In this document: positions 9,746-20,593 of the stretch, one piece after another | Numbering within the stretch: position 1 is the first letter of the stretch | Layout: each line of letters opens with the position of its first letter | Virus record (IMG/VR): IMGVR_UViG_3300002092_001548 | Location: 74,209-138,208 of that record | Direction: 5' to 3' (one strand) | Length of the DNA stretch: 64,000 nt | From: a virus | The notes under the pieces: generated by a model | What the model was told of the DNA's origin: nothing | Seen by the model: the letters and a program-made list of their open reading frames with translations, nothing else | Database searches by the model: none | Position numbers and translations under genes: made by a program

Positions 9746-10085
9746 GCGAGAATTTGTTTTAAAATTTGTAAAAGACTCAACAGCCATAGTTTGGCCTAAA
9801 GAGATGAAAATGGTTAATACACTATTTAAAATTGCTCCCAATGATGATTTTTGGAGATCATTAGATCTTGGATTTAAACTCAATAGTCTTTGCTGGTTCT
9901 TATCAGATGATGGCCGTAAATTACTCAATAAAGAATACAAGAGATTTAATTTTGAACCACAAAAGCCAGAAACATTCGAATTAGAAAATAATAATATTGT
10001 AACTAGTGGCAAAATAGGCGAGACTGTAGGAGCGCCCCTAACAGTGCGAGAATTTTTAATATTATGGCAAAAGAAGACTCAGTAA
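9564..10085 (+). CDS. hypothetical protein
   Basis: 173 aa ORF overlapping the RecA-like start. Confidence 0.55.
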   Translation: MQSQKLKHVDSDQKQNTLDLFQDVHVKAARIQKRDSFALKDKSLKSQKKSVKPAQSTSINKREFVLKFVKDSTAIVWPKEMKMVNTLFKIAPNDDFWRSLDLGFKLNSLCWFLSDDGRKLLNKEYKRFNFEPQKPETFELENNNIVTSGKIGETVGAPLTVREFLILWQKKTQ

Positions 10086-11158
10086 CAAGCAAAACAATCC
10101 TAGCATCCTTTCTCAAGGATACGAAAGGAGAACACTATAATTTTGAAGATGAAAAAATCTTTAATGTATCTACTGGATCATTATTACTTGATTCTGAGAT
10201 GGGTGGTGCCCTAGAGGTTCCAGCAATCTTGCGTTTTACCGGAGTAAGTGGCGGCGGCAAAACAAGCTCTGCGCTTCTTATTATGAAGAACTTCCTCAAT
10301 ACAGTTCCAAAAGGAAAGGGGTTTTTGGTTAAGGCAGAAGGACGTTTAAATTCAAATGTTAAAAATGTTTCTGGAGTAAAGTTTGTAGACAAACCAGAAG
10401 ACTGGCAAGAGGGTACATGTTTCGTTCTTCGTACAAATATCTATGAAAATGTAGCCACTATTATCATGGAGTTAATTAAAAATAATCCAGAAAATTCTAG
10501 GTATTATTTTCTTATTGACAGTATGGATGCGCTAATTGCAAAAAATGACTCACTTAAAGGTTTTGAGGATAGTCAAAAAGTAGCAGCCGGGGCCGTAATT
10601 AGTTCACATTTCTTAAAGATGATCATGCTACCACTATCAACCTTTGGTCACGTTTGCGCATTAATCTCACAAGTTCGTTCAAATGTTCAAATTAATCCTT
10701 ATGCAAAGTCAGACCCAAAGCTAACTAATAGTTCTGGTGGAAATGCGCTACAGCACTATGCGGATTGGATATTTGAGTTTCAACCGAGATATAAGGCAGA
10801 TCAAATTGTTGAGGATGGAAAAATCATTGGTCACTGGGCAAAAATTCTTTTACGCAAGACTACCAATGAAAAAGAAGGAACTGAAATTCTTTATCCTATT
10901 CGTCATGGCAGAACTGGTGGAAATTCTATTTGGATCGAATACGAAGTTGCAGATATGTTAATTCAGTGGGGCTTTGCAAAGAAAGCTGGCGCTTGGATCA
11001 ACTTTGATTCTGGGCTCCTAGCTGAAATTACAAAAGACACAAAACTAACTATGCCAGAAAAAATTCAAGGTATGGAACAGCTTAGAACGTTTCTAGAAGA
11101 AAATAAAGAAATTTGTTTATATCTTTTTAATAAATTTAAAGGGGCACTAGCAAAATGA
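10064..11158 (+). CDS. recA: RecA/UvsX-like recombinase
   Basis: STGSLLLD, Walker A GVSGGGKT, LIDS, SQVR, GGNALQHYA, KAGAW. Confidence 0.9.
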   Translation: MAKEDSVTSKTILASFLKDTKGEHYNFEDEKIFNVSTGSLLLDSEMGGALEVPAILRFTGVSGGGKTSSALLIMKNFLNTVPKGKGFLVKAEGRLNSNVKNVSGVKFVDKPEDWQEGTCFVLRTNIYENVATIIMELIKNNPENSRYYFLIDSMDALIAKNDSLKGFEDSQKVAAGAVISSHFLKMIMLPLSTFGHVCALISQVRSNVQINPYAKSDPKLTNSSGGNALQHYADWIFEFQPRYKADQIVEDGKIIGHWAKILLRKTTNEKEGTEILYPIRHGRTGGNSIWIEYEVADMLIQWGFAKKAGAWINFDSGLLAEITKDTKLTMPEKIQGMEQLRTFLEENKEICLYLFNKFKGALAK

Positions 11159-11517
11159 AACGTCCACTAGAAAATATTGTAGAAAAATCTTGGGGTAGAG
11201 AGCTTTGGATAGTTAATAATCAAGAATTTTGTGGTAAAATTTTGGAATTTAATGCTGGATCTAAATTCTCAATGCATTTTCATATAGAAAAAAAAGAAAC
11301 ATTCTACGTATTCAAAGGCAGATTACTTTTAAATTATTTTAATTTGGAAAACGCAGACAAACATCGCGAAGAACTCAACGTCGGAGACATCGTTGATATT
11401 AATAGATTTTTCCCGCATCAAATTTCTGCTATAGAAGATAGTACTATTATTGAGTTTTCAACACAACATAAAGATTCAGATAGTTACAGGATAGGAAAGG
11501 GAGATAGTCAAATATGA
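11155..11517 (+). CDS. cupin, mannose-6-phosphate isomerase-like
   Basis: KSWGRE, SMHFH..K.ETFY, PHQ, IEFST. Confidence 0.8.
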   Translation: MKRPLENIVEKSWGRELWIVNNQEFCGKILEFNAGSKFSMHFHIEKKETFYVFKGRLLLNYFNLENADKHREELNVGDIVDINRFFPHQISAIEDSTIIEFSTQHKDSDSYRIGKGDSQI

Positions 11518-12455
11518 ATATAGCAGTAAGGCTGGAGGGAGGATTAGGTGACTGCCTGCTAGGTAACAGATTTGTTTCTGCTATTAAAGATAAGTATAAA
11601 AATGCTCAAGTTACTGCCTATATTGATAGCGAAGGAAAAACCTTCCAAAAAGAAGGCCTAGAGATTCTTTATCCATCGATGTATAAGGAAATTAAGGTTA
11701 TTGCAAATAAAAAATACAAAGAATTTTGGGTTGACTGCCAGTTTGGAATAGATAATTATTACGGCGCACTAGAAAACGTGCCCGATGATATTAGGAGTGA
11801 GATGGAATCATACGATAAATTCTACGATTTGCATATAGACTCTTTAAAGTGGACTAACTATGATTTTGATTGGTTAAAATATTATAAATTTTTTCCGACA
11901 CCCGATCTAAAGTGCCCTAACGAACTAGGCGAGTATGTTGTCTTTCATTTAATTTCGTCAACATCAGTTGGGCATCGGCTAGAAAATTGGTATATAGAAT
12001 CTCTAGTAAAAGAAACCGCTAAAACACAGGCAGTATATATCATATCTACTGCAGATACTAATCACTTTTATAATAGCGTAAAAGAGCTAGAAAATGTCCA
12101 TATAGTAAATGGAAGCATTGAAGATATATGCAAGCTCATCTCTAATGCAAAATTTATGCTGTCTACAGATAGTGGCTTCAGATATATAGCGTATGGTTAT
12201 GGAATTCCCACATTAACTTTTTCCAAGCATTCTGTCCAGCCTTTTACATCAATTCCCAGCCACCAAATTAGATGGCTAATGTTTCCAGAGACATGCTTCC
12301 CATTACATACGGACTATAAATTCATATGTGCATTAATTGATAAAATTATGATAAATAAAGCATATATTTTACTACCGTATTTAGAAAATTTTGAATTACA
12401 GGCAGTAAAAAGAGAATATGTTATCAACACGGAAAAATCTATAATAAATATATGA
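11514..12455 (+). CDS. GT9-like glycosyltransferase
   Basis: GGLGDCL and STDSG..YIA motifs. Confidence 0.7.
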   Translation: MNIAVRLEGGLGDCLLGNRFVSAIKDKYKNAQVTAYIDSEGKTFQKEGLEILYPSMYKEIKVIANKKYKEFWVDCQFGIDNYYGALENVPDDIRSEMESYDKFYDLHIDSLKWTNYDFDWLKYYKFFPTPDLKCPNELGEYVVFHLISSTSVGHRLENWYIESLVKETAKTQAVYIISTADTNHFYNSVKELENVHIVNGSIEDICKLISNAKFMLSTDSGFRYIAYGYGIPTLTFSKHSVQPFTSIPSHQIRWLMFPETCFPLHTDYKFICALIDKIMINKAYILLPYLENFELQAVKREYVINTEKSIINI

Positions 12456-13099
12456 ACTTAGAAAAATATGCTTTTGAAAACTTTATTAAAAATAATACGG
12501 TTGTATATGATATCGGCGCACATATTGGTGAATTATCATTGGAAGCGGTAAGATTAAATGCAAAAATAGTACATGCATTTGAGCCATCAAATTTTAATAC
12601 TAACGAATTAATAGAAAATACAAAACAGTACGCAAATATTTATGTCCATAAAGTTGGCTTGCATGAAAAAATTTACGAATGCGATACTAGATTTAAAGAC
12701 TGTGCGGATAATCGTTTACCAGTTCAGCTAGATACTGAACAACATATAGTCTATACGGTTTTGGAAGAGTATATAAAACAAAATCAACTAGAATTACCAG
12801 ATTTTATTAAATTAGATATAGAAGGAATGGAGAGTATTGTTTTAAAAACATTTGAGTTCCTTTTTAAGGAAAAACGCCCAGTTATCTATACTGAAATTCA
12901 TGCGGCAAAAAGAGGCAATTTAATTCAAAATTATGCAGATAATCCACACTGGGTATGGCCAGAACAAGGAGGGTTTGACTTTAATATATTAAAACAGTAT
13001 AATTATAAAATCTCAAATACCACTGGAGAGATTGACGGATCTATAGATTGGAATCCTGCAGAGGAGACACATTCTGGACTACTTTTAATTCCAAATTAA
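12452..13099 (+). CDS. FkbM family methyltransferase
   Basis: YDIGAHIG, AFEP, FIKLDIEGME. Confidence 0.9.
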   Translation: MNLEKYAFENFIKNNTVVYDIGAHIGELSLEAVRLNAKIVHAFEPSNFNTNELIENTKQYANIYVHKVGLHEKIYECDTRFKDCADNRLPVQLDTEQHIVYTVLEEYIKQNQLELPDFIKLDIEGMESIVLKTFEFLFKEKRPVIYTEIHAAKRGNLIQNYADNPHWVWPEQGGFDFNILKQYNYKISNTTGEIDGSIDWNPAEETHSGLLLIPN

Positions 13100-13100
13100 T

Positions 13101-13775
13101 ATGAATACAAAAATTTGCGTTTGCTCTATTGCAACTCCAGACATGGAGGAATTAACTAAGATAACTTGGCCGAATAAACAAGACTACTGCCAGAAACACG
13201 AGTATCATGGGGTACTGCATGTTCAAACGAAGGACTACCTTGGCTTCGATAAAATTATCTTTATTGAGTCACTACTATATACAAATCAATACAACTGGAT
13301 TTTATGGCTAGATAATGACACTCTTTTTACTAATTTTGAGAAAAAAATAGAAGAAATAATAGATGATAACTATGACTTCATTATTTGTGCGGACTATGGT
13401 GGAGATGTAAATGCAGGAGTATTTTTAATTAAAAATTCAAATGGCGGAAGACAGTACTTACAGAAGATAAAGGAAAAAATGTATGAACTAGCCCCAGTTA
13501 ATAAATTTTTATTTGGAGAAGAACAAACGGCTATACACGCTACATACAAAGAAGAACAATTCAAGGAAATTATAAAAGTTATTCCACAGAAGGTTATGAA
13601 TGCGTATCCATATAGTGGGGTATATGGACACCCAAACGGCCTAAATGATTGGCTTGGGGTAAATGGAGACTGGCAAGAAGGAGATTTTATTATTCATATA
13701 CCAGGATTTGGCCCCGATCTTTTTCATAAAAGATTAGAACATTTTAGAAAATATAGCCAATTGGTTATAAAATAG
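13101..13775 (+). CDS. GT34 (MNN10/GMA12-like) glycosyltransferase
   Basis: NKQDYC..HEY, WILWLDND, NAGVFLIKN, EQ, GDFIIH. Confidence 0.8.
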   Translation: MNTKICVCSIATPDMEELTKITWPNKQDYCQKHEYHGVLHVQTKDYLGFDKIIFIESLLYTNQYNWILWLDNDTLFTNFEKKIEEIIDDNYDFIICADYGGDVNAGVFLIKNSNGGRQYLQKIKEKMYELAPVNKFLFGEEQTAIHATYKEEQFKEIIKVIPQKVMNAYPYSGVYGHPNGLNDWLGVNGDWQEGDFIIHIPGFGPDLFHKRLEHFRKYSQLVIK

Positions 13776-13777
13776 TT

Positions 13778-14365
13778 ATGAATCCGGTAAACAATCTATT
13801 AGCGTCATTAGAAGAAATATTAAAAAGTCGTGGACATATATACACAGCCTCTGTCGATCTATGTCATGGTCTATTCTTGTTGGGAGCACTCACATCGGCA
13901 AAACCCCAAAATGTTTTAGAGCTAGGTATTGGCCCAGCATTTGCGTCCGAAATTCTTTGTGCGGGTGTTAAATATAACGGAATGGGGCAGTTAACATGCG
14001 TAGATAATCTCGCAGATTTAGGTGGAAATTTACCCCAATCTAAATTAGATTACCTAAAAGACAATGGGGTTAAGGTTGTTGCACCAATAGATGAAAAAGA
14101 TTTTGTCGAACAAGCGAGCGTTGAAGAATATGATTTTTTAGTCTCGGACGCAGATCATGGCAGGGCACATCTTTGGGCAGAAAGAGTATTCGATATCATG
14201 AAGCCAAATTCGTTTATGTTTTTTCATGATGTTGGCGAGCACAGTAACCTTTTAAGATATAAACAGATAGCAGATGAAAGAGGCTATTATAACCATACAT
14301 TCTCCGGATCGTCTCGCTCCGACGAAAATTGTCATCGTGGGTGGCAATTTATTATAAAAAAATGA
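13778..14365 (+). CDS. class I SAM methyltransferase (Methyltransf_24-like)
   Basis: VLELGIG, DADH, FHD. Confidence 0.75.
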   Translation: MNPVNNLLASLEEILKSRGHIYTASVDLCHGLFLLGALTSAKPQNVLELGIGPAFASEILCAGVKYNGMGQLTCVDNLADLGGNLPQSKLDYLKDNGVKVVAPIDEKDFVEQASVEEYDFLVSDADHGRAHLWAERVFDIMKPNSFMFFHDVGEHSNLLRYKQIADERGYYNHTFSGSSRSDENCHRGWQFIIKK

Positions 14366-15030
14366 TCAACTTAGATACATTTTTCAAAAGATATTCAAAC
14401 GGTGATAGATCTTTAGGGTCTAGACTATCTACAATGAAGATAGCCGTCTCTCTCCTTAATCCATACATTCAAAATAATTTTGTAGAAACTGGAACGACAA
14501 GAAAGAATGAACTCACACACCCCCGGATACAAGATCGCGCCGCTGACGGATGTTCTACAGTTTTATTTGCCCACTATGCGTCCTTAACTGGTGGTAAAAT
14601 CTGGACTTGTGATATCGATCCCCAGAACATAGAAAATTGTAAAATTGCGACAAAAGAGTATGCCGAAACTGCAACCTATGTAGTTGACAATTCCCTTGAT
14701 TTTTTAACTAATTTTACCCAACCAATAGATTTTCTATATTTAGATTCTGTAGATAGCCATGTACCATTTGCGGCAGACCATCAATTAAAAGAAATTCAGT
14801 TTGCAATGAAAAATTTACATAGCAGATCAGTTATTGTTCTTGATGACCTAGGAGCCAAGACAGTTCTCTCGATACCCTTCCTCCAAAAAAATAATTGGTG
14901 TCAAATTAGTTTAAATGTTCCATATCCCTCTAATTATAATGATATTAATCAAGCAGTATTTGTACATGAAACATTCCTATATACAGATCACTCTAAACTG
15001 CCGGAAAAGGAAAGATTTACAGAAAGATAA
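14362..15030 (+). CDS. class I SAM methyltransferase (Methyltransf_24-like)
   Basis: VETGT, IDFLYLDS, IVLDD. Confidence 0.75.
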   Translation: MINLDTFFKRYSNGDRSLGSRLSTMKIAVSLLNPYIQNNFVETGTTRKNELTHPRIQDRAADGCSTVLFAHYASLTGGKIWTCDIDPQNIENCKIATKEYAETATYVVDNSLDFLTNFTQPIDFLYLDSVDSHVPFAADHQLKEIQFAMKNLHSRSVIVLDDLGAKTVLSIPFLQKNNWCQISLNVPYPSNYNDINQAVFVHETFLYTDHSKLPEKERFTER

Positions 15031-15734
15031 TGAAAGTAGCAGTACAATTAGCGGCTAACCCAAGATCCTTTAATAGGAATTACGAGTCTTTCAAAAAAAA
15101 TATTCTACATACACTTCATCCAGATGTATTTATTCATACTTGGAGACTAGATGGAAATGAACGGCCAGAAGTCACAACAGATGGTACATGCGAAGAATAT
15201 ATAGAATTATACAATCCAGTTGCGCATAAAATAGAAGATTTAAAATATAACTACCAGCCACTACAAACCATGATTCCACATTTTACATCTAGATATAGAG
15301 TAAATGAATTAAGAAAAAAATATCAAGAAGAAAATAATATTAAATATGATGTTATTATTATGGGCAGACCAGATATAAGATTAACAAATCCAATTCCCAA
15401 TAATAATTCTGCGGTTATAGGATCTGAATTTATGCCAGAATATGCAGCGAAAGTAAAAGAAGATGAAATATGGATACATCATTTTAAAGATGGACTACCA
15501 GCAGATTATTTATTTTACTGCTCACCAAAATGGATGGATATTGGAATTGAAGGGTGCTTCAATAATCTAGATAAATTAAATATCTACAATCCCGGCTCTG
15601 AGAGGTTATGGTGGCATGTTCTGAAAGAGAAGGGTTTTAATAGAAATGGATTTAAATATTATGGAAATTCCATTCATGATACGGAGCATGTGGACAATTC
15701 TTTTAGATTTTTTGATATCGAATGCGTACGATAA
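15030..15734 (+). CDS. putative glycan biosynthesis protein / glycosyltransferase
   Basis: KVAV..G/N.R, DVFIHTW, YDVIIMGRPD pattern common in polysaccharide clusters. Confidence 0.6.
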   Translation: MKVAVQLAANPRSFNRNYESFKKNILHTLHPDVFIHTWRLDGNERPEVTTDGTCEEYIELYNPVAHKIEDLKYNYQPLQTMIPHFTSRYRVNELRKKYQEENNIKYDVIIMGRPDIRLTNPIPNNNSAVIGSEFMPEYAAKVKEDEIWIHHFKDGLPADYLFYCSPKWMDIGIEGCFNNLDKLNIYNPGSERLWWHVLKEKGFNRNGFKYYGNSIHDTEHVDNSFRFFDIECVR

Positions 15735-15737
15735 TTT

Positions 15738-16385
15738 ATGGAAAATATTATAACAGAATTTTATAATGAGAATATTGGTCAAGGGTTTAATGATTATGAA
15801 AAATCGCATCTTGCGCGCTTTAATTTTCTTGTTGAAGATTTGAAACTAAATGAAATAAAGAATTCATCCATTTTAGATGTGGGTTGCGGTTATGGCCCAA
15901 TTTTCCAAAGGTTAGATAAAGAAAATAATAACGAGCTTGTTGGTATAGATGGGGCTGGACTGAGTAATGATTTTGAATATCATATTGCAGATTTACAGTA
16001 CGATTTTTTCTCCGAAAAATTTCGGGAGAAGAAATTTGATTATATTTTCTCTTTTGAGACTTTTGAGCATTTAAGCAATCCATATCATTGCCTTTTAGAG
16101 ATTAAAAAATTGATGCATAAAGATTCAATATTTTATTTATCAATTCCACACCAAGATATTACGCATAATACGATATATCCATCCCTACTTTATCCGGTTG
16201 ATAACTTTAAAACATTCCTAGATCAGTGCGCAATGGAAGTCGTAGCACAGACGGTGCATGACAAGGCTTTTAAACAGAACGTGTTTACACTAAAAAGTTT
16301 AGATTGGAATAACTCAAAAATGCTTTGGTATAAGCAAGAGGATAAATTTAGAAATATACCCCCACATATTGCTATTAATTTGTAG
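15738..16385 (+). CDS. class I SAM methyltransferase
   Basis: ILDVGCGYG, FDYIFSFETFEHL. Confidence 0.85.
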   Translation: MENIITEFYNENIGQGFNDYEKSHLARFNFLVEDLKLNEIKNSSILDVGCGYGPIFQRLDKENNNELVGIDGAGLSNDFEYHIADLQYDFFSEKFREKKFDYIFSFETFEHLSNPYHCLLEIKKLMHKDSIFYLSIPHQDITHNTIYPSLLYPVDNFKTFLDQCAMEVVAQTVHDKAFKQNVFTLKSLDWNNSKMLWYKQEDKFRNIPPHIAINL

Positions 16386-17191
16386 TGAAAAAGATCATTG
16401 GTTTCAATCAGGGTCAATACGGAGACCTCTGCATGAATGTAGTGGCATGTCGTGCGGTAAAAAGAGACCATCCAAATTCAGATCTTTATCTTGGGATAAA
16501 TAAACGATATCAGTCGTTAAAAGAAATTTTTCTCTATAATAATTTAATAGATAATATTCATATTTGGGATCAATACAATAATTGGCCATCGGATATAGAT
16601 AAAGAGTATTTACGGGAGCAAAAATTTGATATGGCATTTAACCCGATGCCGAAACATTCAAGTGAGGACTGGTATTTATATCGACATCAAACGGAAGAAG
16701 TTTGCCTCATGCATGGCATTATACCCCCAAATGACTTAACAGTAACATTTAATAAATATTTCGAAACAAAACGATATAATAAATATGTCGCTGTTAATCT
16801 TTTTGCGGAAACCAGATCTTCAGATAAAACACCAGATTTACAACAATCTATAAATATTGTTAATTTAATTAAATCACTTGGATATATTCCAGTTCAAATA
16901 GGGTTACCGGAACAGCCGCAAATATGCGACAATCAATTTTTTGGATCATTTTTCGAAACCATTAAATTTGTTTTATCTTGTAATTTTCTCGTTACCGTAG
17001 ATTCGGCAATTGCTTGGATTGCCTCTGGGTATTCATTTCCAGTAGTTGGAATCTACGCTTACTCATACTATACTGGAGCTACGACTTCAAAAAACTGGCA
17101 GCCTATCAATAAAAATGCCCTTTATATCGAAAAATATAGAATATCAGATATTACAACATATGATATAGAACAGGCTATACAACTTATATGA
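16385..17191 (+). CDS. GT9-like glycosyltransferase
   Basis: GQYGDL and VTVDSAIAWIAS motifs. Confidence 0.7.
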   Translation: MKKIIGFNQGQYGDLCMNVVACRAVKRDHPNSDLYLGINKRYQSLKEIFLYNNLIDNIHIWDQYNNWPSDIDKEYLREQKFDMAFNPMPKHSSEDWYLYRHQTEEVCLMHGIIPPNDLTVTFNKYFETKRYNKYVAVNLFAETRSSDKTPDLQQSINIVNLIKSLGYIPVQIGLPEQPQICDNQFFGSFFETIKFVLSCNFLVTVDSAIAWIASGYSFPVVGIYAYSYYTGATTSKNWQPINKNALYIEKYRISDITTYDIEQAIQLI

Positions 17192-17988
17192 TTATAGATT
17201 GCTTTCCATTTTTCAATGAATTAGATGTACTAGAGTTAAGACTAAATATTTTAGACTCAGTTGTCGATAAATTTGTTTTAGTGGAGGCCTCTAAAACACA
17301 ATCCCTAATAGATAAACCATTTTATTTTGAGGACAATAAAGATCGATTTGCGAAATTTTTACATAAAATAGTTCATATTAAAGTGCAGGATTATCCAAAT
17401 GAGGGTGGATGGGCAATGGAAAATTTTCAAAGAAACTGTATATTAAGAGGGCTAAAACATCTAGACTTGAATACACATGATATAGTTGGAATTTCAGATG
17501 TAGATGAAATTTGGAATCCCGATATAATTACCCATATACAAAAATCGATGAATGGGCTAGTTGACCGTCTTGCCATTGAGATGAAATATCTAGTTTTCTA
17601 TTTAAACCTAGAGACACAAAATAAAAGCTGGATAGGAACTGTTTTTTCTACATATGAAAATATATTAAAAACTAGCCCACAAAATATTAGGGCATCTAAA
17701 GACAATTGCGCTAAATATATAAATGCGGGTTGGCATTTTGGATACCAAGGCGGCGCAAATAACATTTATCAGAAATATTTATCTTGTATCGAACCAATCG
17801 ATAAGTCGCTACTACCAACAAGAGAAATTTTCACACAGGAATTCCATCGCAGAATTAAAGATGGGGGTTCATTTATATTTTCCGACAACCTATCAGACGA
17901 GTCAATCAAACTAAAAAAAATTGATACGGATCTATTGCCAGACTATATCACGAACCATATCGACGAGTATAGACATATGATTTATTAG
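17188..17988 (+). CDS. GT17 (beta-1,4-GlcNAc transferase-like)
   Basis: DCFPFFNELDVLELRL, ENFQRN, SDVDEI, GWHF. Confidence 0.85.
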   Translation: MIIDCFPFFNELDVLELRLNILDSVVDKFVLVEASKTQSLIDKPFYFEDNKDRFAKFLHKIVHIKVQDYPNEGGWAMENFQRNCILRGLKHLDLNTHDIVGISDVDEIWNPDIITHIQKSMNGLVDRLAIEMKYLVFYLNLETQNKSWIGTVFSTYENILKTSPQNIRASKDNCAKYINAGWHFGYQGGANNIYQKYLSCIEPIDKSLLPTREIFTQEFHRRIKDGGSFIFSDNLSDESIKLKKIDTDLLPDYITNHIDEYRHMIY

Positions 17989-18033
17989 GATAAAAACCTT
18001 GACTTTATATTAATATTGTTTTATAACTTATTT

Positions 18034-19338
18034 ATGCCCAGTAGAAAAGAAAAAATATTATCCTTTATCTCCACGCTAGAATCAGAAGAAAATTTATCAA
18101 TACCACAGTTTTGTTACAATACCAAGACTAATTCTGATCCTAAAAAAGTTTTTTATGGCGGCCCTTCTTACAGTAAAGAAGAAATCACGGAAGCTATCGA
18201 TAGCCTGTTATTTGGTAAGTGGCTAGTTAGCGGAGAAAAAGTAGCTAAATTTGAAAAAGAATTTTCTAGTAAAATAAATCAAAAACATTCAGTAATGGTA
18301 AACTCTGGCAGTTCTGCCAATCTGGTTATGATTGCGGCACTCAAAAAATATTTAAAATGGAATGAAAATGATGAAATATTAATTTCCGTAGTTGGTTTTC
18401 CCACCACATTGAACCCAATCATTCAAAATAACTTAAAACCAATTTTTGTCGATATTGAATTCAATACATTGAATTTTTGCCTAAAAGATTTAGAATGTAA
18501 AATTACAAATACGACCAAAGCAATTTTTATTTCTCCAGTATTGGGCAACCCCCCAGATATGGATCTATTGATTAGCATATCACAAAAATATAATATTCAT
18601 CTAATTTTAGACGGATGCGATAGCTTCGGTAGTAAATGGAATGAAAAGTATTTAAATGAATATTGCATTGCATCCAGTTGCTCATTTTATCCCGCCCACC
18701 ACCTAACTACTGGCGAAGGAGGTATGGTATCATCAAATATTGAAGAGATTGTTAATATATCGAGAAGCCTAGCTTGGTGGGGTAGGGACTGTTATTGTAT
18801 TGGTAGCTGTAACCTACTAGCAAATGGATCCTGCAATAAAAGGTTTTCCAACTGGATTGCAGAAATACCGTATGAAATAGACCATAAATATTATTTTACT
18901 AATATTGGCTATAATTTAAAACCCCTTGACCTACAGGGCGCAATAGGATTAGTACAACTAGCAAAAATGGACGAATTCGAAACAATTAGGAAAAATAATA
19001 AACAAAGAATTCAACATATCTTATCAAAGATTAATGGAATTTCTTTCCCCAATACATATCCACAATCAGATGTTTCTTGGTTTGGGGTTCCTATTATTTG
19101 TGAATCGTTTGCAATTAAATGCAAACTAGTATCATTTTTTGAAAAGAATGGTTTACAAACAAGAAATTATTTTGCTGGAAATATTTTACTACACCCCGCA
19201 TATAAACATTTAGACAACTATGTAAATTATCCTAATGCTAATCAAGTTTTAGAAAAAGTGTTTTTCATTGGTTGCTCGCCAACAATAAGTACTGTAAATA
19301 TAAATTATATTGCAGATCTTATTAAAACTTATGAATAG
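18034..19338 (+). CDS. rfbH: CDP-4-keto-6-deoxyglucose 3-dehydrase-like (RfbH/DdhC), PMP-dependent
   Basis: NSGSSANL; SFYPAHHLTTGEGG with His in place of the Schiff-base Lys; Cys cluster RDCYC..C..C. Confidence 0.85.
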   Translation: MPSRKEKILSFISTLESEENLSIPQFCYNTKTNSDPKKVFYGGPSYSKEEITEAIDSLLFGKWLVSGEKVAKFEKEFSSKINQKHSVMVNSGSSANLVMIAALKKYLKWNENDEILISVVGFPTTLNPIIQNNLKPIFVDIEFNTLNFCLKDLECKITNTTKAIFISPVLGNPPDMDLLISISQKYNIHLILDGCDSFGSKWNEKYLNEYCIASSCSFYPAHHLTTGEGGMVSSNIEEIVNISRSLAWWGRDCYCIGSCNLLANGSCNKRFSNWIAEIPYEIDHKYYFTNIGYNLKPLDLQGAIGLVQLAKMDEFETIRKNNKQRIQHILSKINGISFPNTYPQSDVSWFGVPIICESFAIKCKLVSFFEKNGLQTRNYFAGNILLHPAYKHLDNYVNYPNANQVLEKVFFIGCSPTISTVNINYIADLIKTYE

Positions 19339-20164
19339 TAAAATAGATCTTTTTGGTGGCACGGGATTTATTGGAACAAAGTTTCTTGACCTGTATGGGA
19401 CTATAACACATCTTCATGATCGTGAAGACAACGTGCCGTTAACTGGGGAATATGAAAATTTACTATACATGATAAGTACTACTGATAATTATAATGTACT
19501 AACTAATCCACATCTTGATATAGACACCAATCTTACTAAATTAATAAAAGTACTAAATAACTGTAAAAATTCTGGCATAATATTTAATTATATTAGCACA
19601 TGGTTTGTATATGGGGACTCAGAGGTTCCAGCGAGAGAAGGCTCACCCTGCAACCCAAGGGGGTTTTACTCTATAACAAAAAAATGTGCTGAAGATTTAG
19701 TTATTAGTTTTTGCAAAACTTTTGATATAAAATATAAAATATTACGCTTAGGAAATGTTTATGGCACAAATGACAAAAACGTTTCGAAAAAGAAAAATGC
19801 GCTTGGTTATTTAACCAATGAAATAAAAAACAATAGAGATATTAATTTATATTTTAATGGAAACTTTATTAGAGACTATATACACGTAAGCGACGCATGT
19901 AGAGCTATTAAGCTGTGTATAGAAAAAGGAGAAGTAAATTCTATTTATAATATTTCAAACGGAGTACCATTAGTATTCAAAGACTTAATAAATTATATTA
20001 TATCAAAAACACAATCTACATCGAAAATAACCCCTATAGATCAACCTAAATTTCATAAAATTGCACAAATTAAAGATATGTATCTTAATTCTGAGCGTTT
20101 ATTTAGTCTGGGATATAAACCTAAAATTGATATTTTTAAAGGATTGAATATGTTGTGTAAATAG
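19331..20164 (+). CDS. NAD-dependent nucleotide-sugar epimerase/reductase
   Basis: GGTGFIG, YSITK, RDYIHVSD. Confidence 0.85.
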   Translation: MNSKIDLFGGTGFIGTKFLDLYGTITHLHDREDNVPLTGEYENLLYMISTTDNYNVLTNPHLDIDTNLTKLIKVLNNCKNSGIIFNYISTWFVYGDSEVPAREGSPCNPRGFYSITKKCAEDLVISFCKTFDIKYKILRLGNVYGTNDKNVSKKKNALGYLTNEIKNNRDINLYFNGNFIRDYIHVSDACRAIKLCIEKGEVNSIYNISNGVPLVFKDLINYIISKTQSTSKITPIDQPKFHKIAQIKDMYLNSERLFSLGYKPKIDIFKGLNMLCK

Positions 20165-20179
20165 ACTAAAATAAAAGTC

Positions 20180-20593
20180 ATGAAATTCAAAAACATTTAC
20201 GGCAGAGAAGTAAATAAAAATATTACTCCTTATATTACAGACTGGAACGAAGTAAAAGGAAGCAAAGCGCAATTTAACGTAAAGAAATTTTTTGAACAAT
20301 ATTGGTCTGGACAAGTTATTTGTGAAGAATTTCCCGTGGCCGGGTCGAGAATGCGTTGTGACCTCATTAATTTTACAAAAAAGATTGCCGTAGAAACGCA
20401 CGGACAACAGCACGACAAGTTCGTACCCTTCTTCCACAAGAACAGAACAAACTTTAAAAACAGCTTTAAACGCGACCTAGTCAAATATAACTGGCTGGAA
20501 TTAAATGGTTTTACAGTAATAGAAATATTTGATAATGAAATCAAGGATTTGTCTCGTGAATGGATAAAAGAAAAGTTTGGTATTGAAATTTAA
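20180..20593 (+). CDS. Vsr/DUF559-like PD-(D/E)xK endonuclease
   Basis: RCDL...IAVETHGQQH...RD..K..W motif. Confidence 0.7.
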   Translation: MKFKNIYGREVNKNITPYITDWNEVKGSKAQFNVKKFFEQYWSGQVICEEFPVAGSRMRCDLINFTKKIAVETHGQQHDKFVPFFHKNRTNFKNSFKRDLVKYNWLELNGFTVIEIFDNEIKDLSREWIKEKFGIEI

